From a virus: a DNA stretch of 64,000 nt. Within the stretch, counting starts at the first letter, position 1. Each line of letters starts with the position of its first letter. A program made the position numbers and the translations under genes. Below are positions 39,587-48,709 of this stretch, piece after piece. A model generated the notes under the pieces. That model searched no databases. It saw only the letters and a list, made by a program, of their open reading frames with translations, and was not told where the DNA came from. The stretch covers positions 13,652 through 77,651 of the IMG/VR virus record IMGVR_UViG_3300021091_005330. The stretch is one strand, 5' to 3'.

Positions 39587-39799
39587 ATGAGCGAAAAAAC
39601 AAGTTTAAAATTTAATATTTTAAAAAAAATAATTGGAAGAAAGATGGTTGTAGTTAAAGACTATATTAAAAATCAATATTACTATGGAACAGTTCAGTCT
39701 ATTGTAGATGATACGACTGTGAAAATAAAAAGTCCTTCTGGAGAAACAGAAAATATCTCGATTTTTGATTTAAGGTCTCCGTCATCAGATTATGAATGA
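39587..39799 (+). CDS. small beta-barrel (SH3/Sm-like) hypothetical protein
   Basis: IGR..VV......YG.V..I....V.I.......ISIFDLR; promoter immediately upstream. Confidence 0.55.
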   Translation: MSEKTSLKFNILKKIIGRKMVVVKDYIKNQYYYGTVQSIVDDTTVKIKSPSGETENISIFDLRSPSSDYE

Positions 39800-40070
39800 A
39801 GAAAAAAAATATATAGAAGTCGAAGCTGAGCAGCTTGACAATGGAGACATAGATTTTTCGTCAATAAAACCTTACGTTCAACCTTATGAAAGAGGCCCAA
39901 TCCATAGAATAGCACCTAAAATGGGTAGAAATGAATATTGCCTAATCGAAAGTAAAAAATTTAAAGATTGTTGTGGTAAAAATGGAAATAATTTTTGTCA
40001 TAAAATGCTCGCTACTTTTTTAGAAAAAGCTCAAACACCTAATTCAGGTTTAGCGAATGAATCAAATTAA
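39792..40070 (+). CDS. protein with a degenerate SEC-C motif
   Basis: PKMGRNEYC..ESKKFKDCCG versus canonical [21 protein letters not shown]. Confidence 0.6.
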   Translation: MNEEKKYIEVEAEQLDNGDIDFSSIKPYVQPYERGPIHRIAPKMGRNEYCLIESKKFKDCCGKNGNNFCHKMLATFLEKAQTPNSGLANESN

Positions 40071-41070
40071 TTATGTAGATATTATTTTTGGTCTTCAATG
40101 GGGAGATGAAGGAAAAGGAAAAATTAGTAACGCTATATCAAATGATTATGATATAGTTTGCCGTTGGAATGGTGGGCCAAATGCTGGTCATACGGTTTAC
40201 ATCAATGATAAAAAATATAAAACACATATAATTCCATGTGGAGTATTTAAAAACAAATTAAGCATTATTGGTCCAAATTGCGTTATTAATATAAAGAAAT
40301 TTTATGAGGAGATAGAATATTTAAATAAAGAAGGCTTTGACACTTCTTTGGTTAAGGTTAGCCCTAAAGCACATATTATAACAGAGAAGCATATTGCTTA
40401 CGATAAACTGCATCTTCAAGAAAAATTAGGCACTACGGCTCAAGGTATAGCCCCCGCTTATTCAGACAAGATGCTTAGGTGCGGTAATCTTGCTAAAGAT
40501 TATATTGATAAAAAATATATTTGGGATGAGAATTTATATGGTAAAATATTATGCGAAGGAGCGCAAAGTTTTTGGTTAGATATAAATTATGGAAATTATC
40601 CATATGTTACAAGTAGTGAAACGTTACCTTATTCAGCTTGTTCTTTAGGATTTTCTCCTAAAATTATTAGAGATATTATTGGTATCGCTAAGATTTATGA
40701 CACAAAAAGCGGAGTAGATCCCCTTTTTCCAAATTCATTATGGGAAAATGAAGAAATAAATATGCTTATTCAATTAGGAAATGAGTATGGATCTACTACT
40801 GGAAGAAAAAGATGCGCCAATTGGATAAGGCTTAATCACCTTATTAAAGCCATAAATATTTCTGGTACAACTAAACTTATTTTGAATAAATGTGATGTTA
40901 TAGAAAATTTAGGAATTTATAAAACTATTCTTGATAGCGCAAAAGATGGTCCTAATTTTTTAAAATTCATATCATTTGATGCTATGAAAAATTTTATATT
41001 TAAATATATTAAAGAAAATACCAACAAAGATCTTGAGATAATTTTTTCTGGAGATAAATCAAAAATATGA
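40057..41070 (+). CDS. purA: adenylosuccinate synthetase (short form)
   Basis: GLQWGDEGKGK, GGPNAGHT, EGAQ...LD..YG.YPYVTSS, EYG.TTGR.R, NK.D. Confidence 0.92.
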   Translation: MNQINYVDIIFGLQWGDEGKGKISNAISNDYDIVCRWNGGPNAGHTVYINDKKYKTHIIPCGVFKNKLSIIGPNCVINIKKFYEEIEYLNKEGFDTSLVKVSPKAHIITEKHIAYDKLHLQEKLGTTAQGIAPAYSDKMLRCGNLAKDYIDKKYIWDENLYGKILCEGAQSFWLDINYGNYPYVTSSETLPYSACSLGFSPKIIRDIIGIAKIYDTKSGVDPLFPNSLWENEEINMLIQLGNEYGSTTGRKRCANWIRLNHLIKAINISGTTKLILNKCDVIENLGIYKTILDSAKDGPNFLKFISFDAMKNFIFKYIKENTNKDLEIIFSGDKSKI

Positions 41071-41810
41071 GTTGTCCATTTTTAAATAAAAATAATAAAC
41101 CTGAATCAGAAGAGAAACCTTCAAAAAGAGTATTAAAAGAAAAAGATATAGAACTATACCTTATGCTTCCGTACGATAAATCTCTTTTGCCCAAAAAACC
41201 AGAAATATATAGAGATTGGTGGGAAAAAGACAGAAAAACAATACAGCATGCTAAATTTTGTTTACCGCTTTTGATGGCTAATGGTCTAGGTTATGATATA
41301 TTATCCCCAGCTACATTTGAAGTAGAATGGGATGGGGATGAAAATCATAATGCAGATATAAAAATTTTAGAGTCTGCAGCTCATTCAGTAGTAGACAATC
41401 ATTCTGCTTGTGGGAGTTTTACTGTTCAAGCTCATTTTATCCCCAAAACAGAAGAAGGATGCTTTACATTCATCAAAGGAATACCGAATGTACGTAGGCC
41501 TTTTTCTGTAATGGAAGGATTAGTCGAAACATGGTGGAATCCTGCTCATTTTGGGATCGTGTGTTTGTGCAATTATGCAGGAAAGTTTACTATCCAAAAA
41601 GGAGAACCAATAGCTAGAATGGTATTTTTTGACGACACATATATTAAAACTAATTTACTTATAAAAGACAATCAATACGAAGTGCATCAAAGAAATGAAT
41701 TTCTTTCTAAAAGAGAAAAACAGATAGGACATGTATTAGATTATTTTAAAGGTTTTTTTCCAAATGGTGAAAAAACAAAATATCATTTAAAACCATCCGA
41801 TTATAAATGA
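41067..41810 (+). CDS. DUF6065-like protein (dUTPase-like beta fold)
   Basis: HA.FCLPL..AN..G..I, WDG, G.PN, G.VET.W, KGEPI. Confidence 0.7.
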   Translation: MSCPFLNKNNKPESEEKPSKRVLKEKDIELYLMLPYDKSLLPKKPEIYRDWWEKDRKTIQHAKFCLPLLMANGLGYDILSPATFEVEWDGDENHNADIKILESAAHSVVDNHSACGSFTVQAHFIPKTEEGCFTFIKGIPNVRRPFSVMEGLVETWWNPAHFGIVCLCNYAGKFTIQKGEPIARMVFFDDTYIKTNLLIKDNQYEVHQRNEFLSKREKQIGHVLDYFKGFFPNGEKTKYHLKPSDYK

Positions 41811-42601
41811 ATAAAACTTTAGATATAAAAGAAAATATTCCTGATCTTGTAGACGTTCCAGAAAACGTATTACTAGCCATAACTCATCATGATGTTTATA
41901 AAGAAGCAGCAAAAAATTTGATAGTTAATTTAAATGGTAAAAAATTAAGAGATTGGTTTATAGATCATGCTTATTTTTGTCTTCCATTAACTATAGCTAA
42001 TGAACACGGATTTATTTTGAAGGCAGCTTTTGATTTTAGCGTTATTTGGAATGGAGATGAATGCCCACAAGCAGTAAAAGTTTTTCATGATGGACAGCAA
42101 CCTCCTTACCAACAAATAAAATCACATTTCGGTATGGGTACAATTACAATAGAAACTCCTTGGATAATAAGAACTCCAAAAGGAGTAAACACATTAATAA
42201 TGAATCCGCCAAATTATTATATAGATGGTATAGTTCATATGTCTGCTTGCGTAGAAACAGATAATTTACGAAGAAATTTTACGTTTAATTTAAAAATTAC
42301 TAGACCAAATTTTTTGATTGAAATTAAAAAAGATACGCCAATAGGCTACATGCTTCCATATCCAAGGCATTTTATAGATAAATATCAATTAAAAATTGAT
42401 GAGGAAGTTATCTCTAAAGAGACTATTGAAAATGAAAGAAAAACTAGTTCTCTTTTTGGTAGAGAAAGGTCTGAAATAGACACGTATTCAAACAAAAGAC
42501 AAATAGGTAAAAGATACATGAATGGCGTAGATATATATGGAAATAAATTTTCAGATCATCAAAAAAGCTTAAAATGTCCATTCGGTTTTGGGAGTAAATA
42601 A
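41807..42601 (+). CDS. DUF6065-like protein (tandem paralog)
   Basis: HAYFCLPLTIANEHG, WNG, SHFG.G.IT, RTP.G, PPN, VETD....FTFN.K.TRP, Y..G. Confidence 0.75.
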   Translation: MNKTLDIKENIPDLVDVPENVLLAITHHDVYKEAAKNLIVNLNGKKLRDWFIDHAYFCLPLTIANEHGFILKAAFDFSVIWNGDECPQAVKVFHDGQQPPYQQIKSHFGMGTITIETPWIIRTPKGVNTLIMNPPNYYIDGIVHMSACVETDNLRRNFTFNLKITRPNFLIEIKKDTPIGYMLPYPRHFIDKYQLKIDEEVISKETIENERKTSSLFGRERSEIDTYSNKRQIGKRYMNGVDIYGNKFSDHQKSLKCPFGFGSK

Positions 42602-42602
42602 T

Positions 42603-43181
42603 TTAATTACTTTTAATTTGATTTATAAAATTTAAAGTTTCTTGTTTTGTAAAATCATTTTTCATTACATTGATACAATAGCATACAAATTCAACATTAC
42701 CTTTAATGTAACCCTTATTTGGGTCTATTCTGTCAAGACTTGCTTTTATTGGGGTTTTCTTAATATCTTCATCTCCGCTTGTTCTACCCAATTCCATTTC
42801 TAGTCCTGTATATGCACAAAGACCGTTTTGATTATCCCAAAGTTGTTTTAAATATTGTACATTTAAATCTGTCTCATATCCTTTTTGTTTGCTTCTAGAT
42901 CTCGCTTTGTTTGCGTGATATTTAAATGGACTATATTCATCTAGCCTATTACTTTCATAACCTTTTAATAAGCTAATATCGCCTCTATTTTTTTCTAATT
43001 TTTTTGGATTATTTTTATAATCAGCTTTACCAGAGCATTTTAGGCTGCAGTAAAATTTACCTTGACCAGCTTTAATTTTTCTATTATAGTCTCCTTGTCT
43101 TATTTCATGCTCTTTATTACAATTAGCGCAAATTATTTTTATCTTTTTTATGTTCATGTAAAGATTGTATGAAGTATACAT
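42603..43181 (-). CDS. HNH-type putative homing endonuclease with N-terminal Zn finger
   Basis: CANC...YCS.KC; Q.G.CAYTG..M, SLDRID..KGY..GNV..VC...N.MK; start may be 43157. Confidence 0.8.
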   Translation of the reverse strand: MYTSYNLYMNIKKIKIICANCNKEHEIRQGDYNRKIKAGQGKFYCSLKCSGKADYKNNPKKLEKNRGDISLLKGYESNRLDEYSPFKYHANKARSRSKQKGYETDLNVQYLKQLWDNQNGLCAYTGLEMELGRTSGDEDIKKTPIKASLDRIDPNKGYIKGNVEFVCYCINVMKNDFTKQETLNFINQIKSN

Positions 43182-43223
43182 ACGATTGTCTAATAAAAAT
43201 GCAGACAGGGGGATTCGTTTGCT

Positions 43224-43611
43224 TGGACCCGAAGAGAATTGAACTCTTGTCTTTTAGTGAATTTAAATTAAAATACTACAAGTTTAGTTATTTTTAGTTT
43301 TAGCTTTATATAGAAAAACAACAAACATATTTAGCGATTTTATTTTGAATACTAAGCCAATAAAGAACAAAAAAACTTTAAAGACCAAGACATCTAAATA
43401 CGCAACTATCCATTAGATGTGTCATGGTAATCACGCTGTAGAACTTAGGCTACAGATACGGTCTCCTCAACTAGAGAAACTCTAGCAGAGATATGACCTT
43501 TGTATTTGGCTGTTTTAGCAGTTAATACTTTTAAGGCTTTTTAAAGAGACCCACCTAAACCTCTACCTGCATTTTAATTTCGACTCCTAAAATCGAAACC
43601 AGTACGGGCCC
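43224..43611 (-). ncRNA. ssrA: tmRNA
   Basis: 5' GGGCCCGTACTGGTTTCGA; 3' GACAAGAGTTCAATTCTCTTCGGGTCCA; acceptor stem with G3-U wobble and A discriminator; tag frame 43519-43445; CCA not encoded. Confidence 0.93.
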
Positions 43612-43632
43612 AATGAGAAAGAACTATATTGA

Positions 43633-43676
43633 ATTATACACTATGTTTTGAATATATTCAAGTTATTATATATAAT
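43633..43676. promoter_or_regulatory. overlapping divergent promoters sharing the palindrome TTGAATATATTCAA
   Basis: Minus (tmRNA): TTGAAT-N17-TATAAT(43638-33). Plus: TTGAAT(43648)-N17-TATAAT(43671-76) before ATG 43681. Confidence 0.65.
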
Positions 43677-43680
43677 ATAT

Positions 43681-43905
43681 ATGAGTTTTATGGGACCAAG
43701 CGCATCGCCAGAAGATTTAAAAAAATCAGAAAAGTATTGGAAAGATGAATTAAAATTAGCTTTTAATTTGTTAGACCAAATAATAGAAAAAAAACAATTC
43801 GATAATAGTAAAGAAAATAAACCAGGAGAATCTTGGGATTTGCACCATTTAAAATTACTTAAAAAGACACTAAGAAATGCCGTAGGTCCATTTGAAGTGG
43901 AATAA
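43681..43905 (+). CDS. hypothetical protein
   Basis: Likely start MSFMG at 43681, just after the -10 box. Confidence 0.6.
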   Translation: MSFMGPSASPEDLKKSEKYWKDELKLAFNLLDQIIEKKQFDNSKENKPGESWDLHHLKLLKKTLRNAVGPFEVE

Positions 43906-43910
43906 TTAAT

Positions 43911-44075
43911 ATGCCCAAAGTAAAAAAGAGTAAATATTATGCTATATATTCTAAAAATGATAACTTTTTACATGGAGTATTCCCATTATCAAAAGATGGA
44001 CTAAAATGTGCAAAGGCATATATAGGTAAAATAGCTCCTAAAAATCAAAAAAATTACTACATAGAGACAAAATAA
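43911..44075 (+). CDS. 54-aa hypothetical protein (absent from the ORF track)
   Basis: MPKVKKSKYYAIYSKNDNFLHGVFPLSKDG...YYIETK*; fills the gap between neighbours. Confidence 0.6.
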   Translation: MPKVKKSKYYAIYSKNDNFLHGVFPLSKDGLKCAKAYIGKIAPKNQKNYYIETK

Positions 44076-44091
44076 GTGTAATGTTATAGTA

Positions 44092-44691
44092 ATGAAAAAA
44101 ACTATTTTTGAAGTTGATTTTGTTTCGTTTTCAGCCGAAGAAAAAAAGAAAAAAGCTCTTAATAAACCCTTTAGACTTCCAAAAGGTAGTAATAAAAAAT
44201 TTGGAGTATATGTTAAAAATGATAAAGGTAATGTAGTAGTCGTTAAGTTTGGCGATCCAAATATGGAAATTAAAAGAGATAATCCAGAAAGAAGAAAAGC
44301 TTATAGAGCAAGACATAATTGCTCAAATCCTGGTCCTAAATGGAAAGCAAATTATTGGAGTTGTAAAATGTGGAGCGCAAAACCTGTTAGTAAGGTAGCT
44401 GGGTCTTGTGGCAAACCAGGATGTGGATCAAGCGAGGATTCTGAATCCACTTTAGAGATAGATCTTCAAGCTAAAAACAAAGGTCTTTGGCACAACATTA
44501 GAGAAAAGAAAAAAAGAATGGGAAAAAATTATAAACCAGCAAAACCAGGTTCACCAGATCGCCCAAAGAAAGACGCTTGGGAAAAAGCTCAAGGCGAATA
44601 CGAATGGGATGGTGAAGAAGAATTTAATCAAGAAGAATTTTTAAAATTAGACCCTACATTAGCTAACGCAGAAATTATTGAAGAAGATTAA
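44092..44691 (+). CDS. basic phage protein (DUF6321-like domain plus GLW.NI..K domain)
   Basis: LNKPFR..KKFGVYVKN..VKFGDP..RRK.YRARH.C..A.YWSC..W; GTGTAA 10 nt upstream. Confidence 0.7.
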   Translation: MKKTIFEVDFVSFSAEEKKKKALNKPFRLPKGSNKKFGVYVKNDKGNVVVVKFGDPNMEIKRDNPERRKAYRARHNCSNPGPKWKANYWSCKMWSAKPVSKVAGSCGKPGCGSSEDSESTLEIDLQAKNKGLWHNIREKKKRMGKNYKPAKPGSPDRPKKDAWEKAQGEYEWDGEEEFNQEEFLKLDPTLANAEIIEED

Positions 44692-44713
44692 TTAGATTCG
44701 TGTAAATTACTGT

Positions 44714-45244
44714 ATGCTTGGCATTGGTGATTTAGAGTACCTATCGTATAGAACTGGTTTAAGCGAAGAAAAAGTCATCTTGCTATCTGAGTCTCAAGAA
44801 GATTTAGATTTAATTATAAATGAATTAGCAAAAGAAGAAATAGAGGATGGTCTTTTACATATTAGTTTTGAACTTTTTACTAAGTTATATGTTTATAGAA
44901 TAAGCTCAGAATTAGATTTTAAATTAAAAGAAAAAAGTTATGTTAGCTCTACTATTAGTTCTATATATCCCAAACTAGAAAAACACAAGATAGAAAACGT
45001 TACAATACAAGAAGACTGGGAAAGCTTGTGGAAGCCAGACGAAGAGATAGCAAAGTATTATTTTGTTTTATTAAGTATGTTTAAAGACAGCTTAGAAAGA
45101 CGCAGGAGGTCTTATCCAAACTTAAATATGTTTTATTTAAAAGCTGTAGAGGGTTTTGAAAATTCAAACAAAAAAGAATTAGCGGCACATTTAAAAATTT
45201 GGATTAACTTGATGAGAAGAATGAAAGAAGAGTATTGGTTTTAA
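44714..45244 (+). CDS. hypothetical protein
   Basis: GTGTAA 8 nt upstream. Confidence 0.65.
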   Translation: MLGIGDLEYLSYRTGLSEEKVILLSESQEDLDLIINELAKEEIEDGLLHISFELFTKLYVYRISSELDFKLKEKSYVSSTISSIYPKLEKHKIENVTIQEDWESLWKPDEEIAKYYFVLLSMFKDSLERRRRSYPNLNMFYLKAVEGFENSNKKELAAHLKIWINLMRRMKEEYWF

Positions 45245-45289
45245 AATATAGATTGAACGTTTTTGCTTTAGTGTAATCTATACTAAATA

Positions 45290-45823
45290 GTGAATAGAAT
45301 TAAAAGATTCTTCGCTTGGTTTGGATGGAAAAGTAAACTAACATTAGTACTTTTAATAAATGGAGCGATAGCTTATGGCGCACTCCAATTTGGATTTAAC
45401 TTAGCAAAGACCAGAAGCATATCCAAACTACCAAATTCTTGCTTTGTTGATTCTGTTGTTTTTGCTTCTAACGCCAATTATATACTATCTGATGAAAATG
45501 TATGGGCGCAAGTTTTTGCTTTTCAATTTCATTATACAGATGAATTAGATAGCACAAAGGTCATCTTTGATAAAAATTTGATAGAGTATGTAGTATCTAT
45601 ACCTAGACACAGAGGACATGCAATATGTGTTTTTGAGCATAAGGGCATGCTTTGGGTTTATGACAGCAATCATGGTACTATGCCAGTTGGAGTTGCTGGT
45701 AATAGAGCAGAATATCAAATAAGAGTTACAAAATGGATTGAAGAAAAATACAAAGCTATAGTTTTTAATAGTATATTAATAGATGATGATACAGAAAGAA
45801 CTAAAGCATGGATAAAAGAATAA
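45290..45823 (+). CDS. membrane-anchored papain/transglutaminase-like protein
   Basis: N-terminal TM; NSC...GHAICVF...VYD suggests a Cys-His-Asp triad; GTGTAA 13 nt upstream. Confidence 0.55.
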   Translation: MNRIKRFFAWFGWKSKLTLVLLINGAIAYGALQFGFNLAKTRSISKLPNSCFVDSVVFASNANYILSDENVWAQVFAFQFHYTDELDSTKVIFDKNLIEYVVSIPRHRGHAICVFEHKGMLWVYDSNHGTMPVGVAGNRAEYQIRVTKWIEEKYKAIVFNSILIDDDTERTKAWIKE

Positions 45824-45993
45824 CTAAATTAATTAGAGATGTTAAATTAATAGCACCATCTTGCAATAACACTGAACAATTTATAGCTGAATTTTGGAAA
45901 TATCACAAAAGAGAAAATAAGAAAAGAAACATCTTCTGGTTTTCACTTTTAGCTGTAATCTTCTTTATATGTTGGATACTATCAAAAAATTAA
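45808..45993 (+). CDS. small protein with C-terminal TM helix
   Basis: Overlap-coupled ORF. Confidence 0.5.
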   Translation: MDKRITKLIRDVKLIAPSCNNTEQFIAEFWKYHKRENKKRNIFWFSLLAVIFFICWILSKN

Positions 45994-46256
45994 AGGATTG
46001 GTGGAATGGACTTGAATATTACGAAAAGTTCTTTTTTATTGTTTTTATTCCAGCTATTTTGTTTACAATTTACGGAATCAGCGATCTTTACCTTAATCAT
46101 TTTGATCTTCTTTCTAAAGATCACCATATGGGATTTTTTCTTAGATTCTTTTTTCCGATCTCTTTAGCTCTTTTAGTTACTAGTTTAGAACGCAGAAGAA
46201 GGAACAAATTAGTTAAAGATATAAAAGAATATTTAGAAGATGAAAAAGATCAGTAA
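45969..46256 (+). CDS. two-TM membrane protein
   Basis: Two hydrophobic helices and a charged C-terminus. Confidence 0.6.
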   Translation: MLDTIKKLKDWWNGLEYYEKFFFIVFIPAILFTIYGISDLYLNHFDLLSKDHHMGFFLRFFFPISLALLVTSLERRRRNKLVKDIKEYLEDEKDQ

Positions 46257-47487
46257 AGTTGTGTCTCTTGGCGCAACTTATTATTATATGGAGATCTGGC
46301 TTACAACCCTAAAAGACAATCTAGTAGATCCAAGTTCTGAAAGATATGATTGGATAAAGAAAAATATTAATTTATACCCCGAAATCAAAATAATACATTC
46401 TGTAGATGGTAGGAATAAAGACTTAGTTAAACTTGCTTTAAAAGAATCTGGATTAAATCTTTATCAACTTGGATTTAGAACTTACGGAACTTTAGCTGTT
46501 TTTTTAACAAAATTTTTAGCGTGGAAAAAACAAGTCAAAGATAATATTCCTTACGTATGTCTTATAGAAGACGACATAGAATTAAATGAAGCATTTTGGC
46601 CTTTTTTAGAAAGCAAAAAACATTTACTAGAAGATCCAAGCATCAACATTGTAAGGCTTGGCGACTGGGGCGAAGCCTATTTAACTTCTTTGTCTTCCGC
46701 CAAAAGATTAATAGAGAAAATACAAAAAGATGGAATTTGGAGAAATATTGATGAACAATTATGGGAATGCGGAGAGTCGGTTGTAAACAAATCTATTGGC
46801 GGGGGTCAATCTGGAGTTCATTACGAAAATAGGTGGGTAAATGGCGTATGGGAACATACAGGTTATCAAGAAAATATATTTAAGCTTTTAAAGCAAACAA
46901 ATGAAGGTTTACCATTAAACACCCAACTCATAGACCAAGAACTTAGCGAAAGTTATTTTGCGGGTGGACCATTTGACATGAGAAAACGAGAAATTCAAGA
47001 CATTTTAGAAAGCGTAACGTCTCCTAGTAATTATCTAACTTTTGGTCTTGGCTCTTCGGCTATTATACTATTGAAAAATTTAAAAGAGAATGAATCTCTT
47101 ACAAGTTATGAATGGGGCGAAAGCTATCTTTCTTGTCTTAAATATAAAAATAGTTTTAATATTACTGATGAAAAGTTTATGATAAATGATTTGTCTAAAA
47201 ATGATCCTTCTTTGTTGGAAGATTTTATCAAAAAATGGGGGAAGTATGATGAAGAAATACCAAATAAAATTTTATACGATTTAATAGCGATTGACTATAA
47301 AAAATATGATACTTACATCTTAGACGGTTTTTTAAGGGGTTTGACTACTTTTTTAGCTTTAAATAATAATTCCAAGGCAGAAGTATTCATCCACGATGCT
47401 TCTAGAGATTGGTACGATTGGCTAAAGGTTATATTTAATGTAGAGCATATCTCTCAAGATATAATTAAAATTTTTAATAAAAAATAA
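46240..47487 (+). CDS. GT25 glycosyltransferase fused to a SAM-methyltransferase-like domain
   Basis: SVDG, LIEDD, AYL.S...A; C-terminal L.FG.G.S, YD.YILDG..R, IHD..R. Confidence 0.65.
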   Translation: MKKISKVVSLGATYYYMEIWLTTLKDNLVDPSSERYDWIKKNINLYPEIKIIHSVDGRNKDLVKLALKESGLNLYQLGFRTYGTLAVFLTKFLAWKKQVKDNIPYVCLIEDDIELNEAFWPFLESKKHLLEDPSINIVRLGDWGEAYLTSLSSAKRLIEKIQKDGIWRNIDEQLWECGESVVNKSIGGGQSGVHYENRWVNGVWEHTGYQENIFKLLKQTNEGLPLNTQLIDQELSESYFAGGPFDMRKREIQDILESVTSPSNYLTFGLGSSAIILLKNLKENESLTSYEWGESYLSCLKYKNSFNITDEKFMINDLSKNDPSLLEDFIKKWGKYDEEIPNKILYDLIAIDYKKYDTYILDGFLRGLTTFLALNNNSKAEVFIHDASRDWYDWLKVIFNVEHISQDIIKIFNKK

Positions 47488-47751
47488 ATTTATACAATTG
47501 AATTAACAGCTTATAGAGCCCCTCTTCTTTTTATCTCTTCTTCTGCAGTTTTTTTGTGATTGAATCATACGCTGGTTTAAGGCCTTTTGCTATTTTGAGA
47601 AGGTTTTCTCCGCTCATTCCTTTAGGAAGATTTAAATAGCCTCCAGGAAATATACCGCCTACTTTGCTCAATCCGTCTTTATCATTTGGTGGAAAAATTA
47701 TAAAAGAAAATTTTGATTTGAGCGACTTAAATAAAGTGTAATTTAAATATA

Positions 47752-48684
47752 ATGAGAATAAAAGGCGCGAGAATAAAAGGCACAAAACAATTAGGCTCAT
47801 TTAAAAGAGATATAAATTCATATAATAATCTTAAACTTTTTCCTAATCTTCCTAAATCTATACTAGATAATAATTCTTTATCCCCTTATCATCAATTTAT
47901 AGATCTGCCTACTGCTAATGGGATACCCAAATGGACAGAAAGTGCACCAGTTGGTTGGCAGCAATCTGCACCATATTATAATGTATTTTTAAAATTTTAT
48001 TTAAAATCAAATGGTGGAGACGAAACAGTTCCTAATGGAGGCCAAAGAATTCATGCTTTAAAAGCTGCTAGTTTTGGTTCAGCTTTAGGTAATCACAAAG
48101 CCAAGAATGTTACGAAGAATACTATTGGTACATCTAATCACGCTAATGATTGGAGTTTAAGCACCATAAGGCGCACCGTCAATATTCCACCATCCCAAAC
48201 ATTTGTTAATTTTGGATGTTTTTATAAAGTTCTTAGTAAAGATCCTTTAAGACCATTAAATTTTGGTGCAATTGCTATACATTTCTCAAGACAAGGAGTA
48301 GCAAGTTATGTAAATTATTCAGTAATACATGGCGGAGAAGTTGATCTTCTTGGAAACAGCGCTACATATACATATTTAAATACTTATAATTCATCTAAAG
48401 TTAGGGAATCTTATCATCAATGGCTTGGTCAACCAATAATAAGATTTAGAAAACTTTCTCAAATAAATCAAAATTCAGTATTTAATCGATGGCAATTTCT
48501 AAATCATAAAGTCGTAATACCAACATTTCAATCCTCCCCATCAGAAGGCGATATAGTCGATGGTAAAGCGGATTCTTGTACGATTATGATATGTTTTGGA
48601 GAGAATAATAGTTACCTTGATGATGGTTCTGGTTTAAATACTGGCGCTGTTCAATTTTTATATCCATTTTTAAGTTTAACTTAA
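47752..48684 (+). CDS. putative virion protein (beta-sandwich/carbohydrate-binding-like)
   Basis: S/N/G-rich 310 aa; GTGTAA 10 nt upstream. Confidence 0.5.
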   Translation: MRIKGARIKGTKQLGSFKRDINSYNNLKLFPNLPKSILDNNSLSPYHQFIDLPTANGIPKWTESAPVGWQQSAPYYNVFLKFYLKSNGGDETVPNGGQRIHALKAASFGSALGNHKAKNVTKNTIGTSNHANDWSLSTIRRTVNIPPSQTFVNFGCFYKVLSKDPLRPLNFGAIAIHFSRQGVASYVNYSVIHGGEVDLLGNSATYTYLNTYNSSKVRESYHQWLGQPIIRFRKLSQINQNSVFNRWQFLNHKVVIPTFQSSPSEGDIVDGKADSCTIMICFGENNSYLDDGSGLNTGAVQFLYPFLSLT

Positions 48685-48709
48685 GCGGCGAGCGTTCAAA
48701 TGCCTTAAT

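Noticed and set aside
40057-41070. PurZ / 2-aminoadenine (Z-genome) pathway
   Set aside because: The catalytic motif is GDEGKG with Asp, as in PurA, not the Ser of PurZ; no DatZ or MazZ recognised in the window
47531-47800. 89-aa minus-strand ORF
   Set aside because: Overlaps the promoter motif and start of the 47752 gene and has no recognisable motif or expression signal; 47490-47730 remains unexplained
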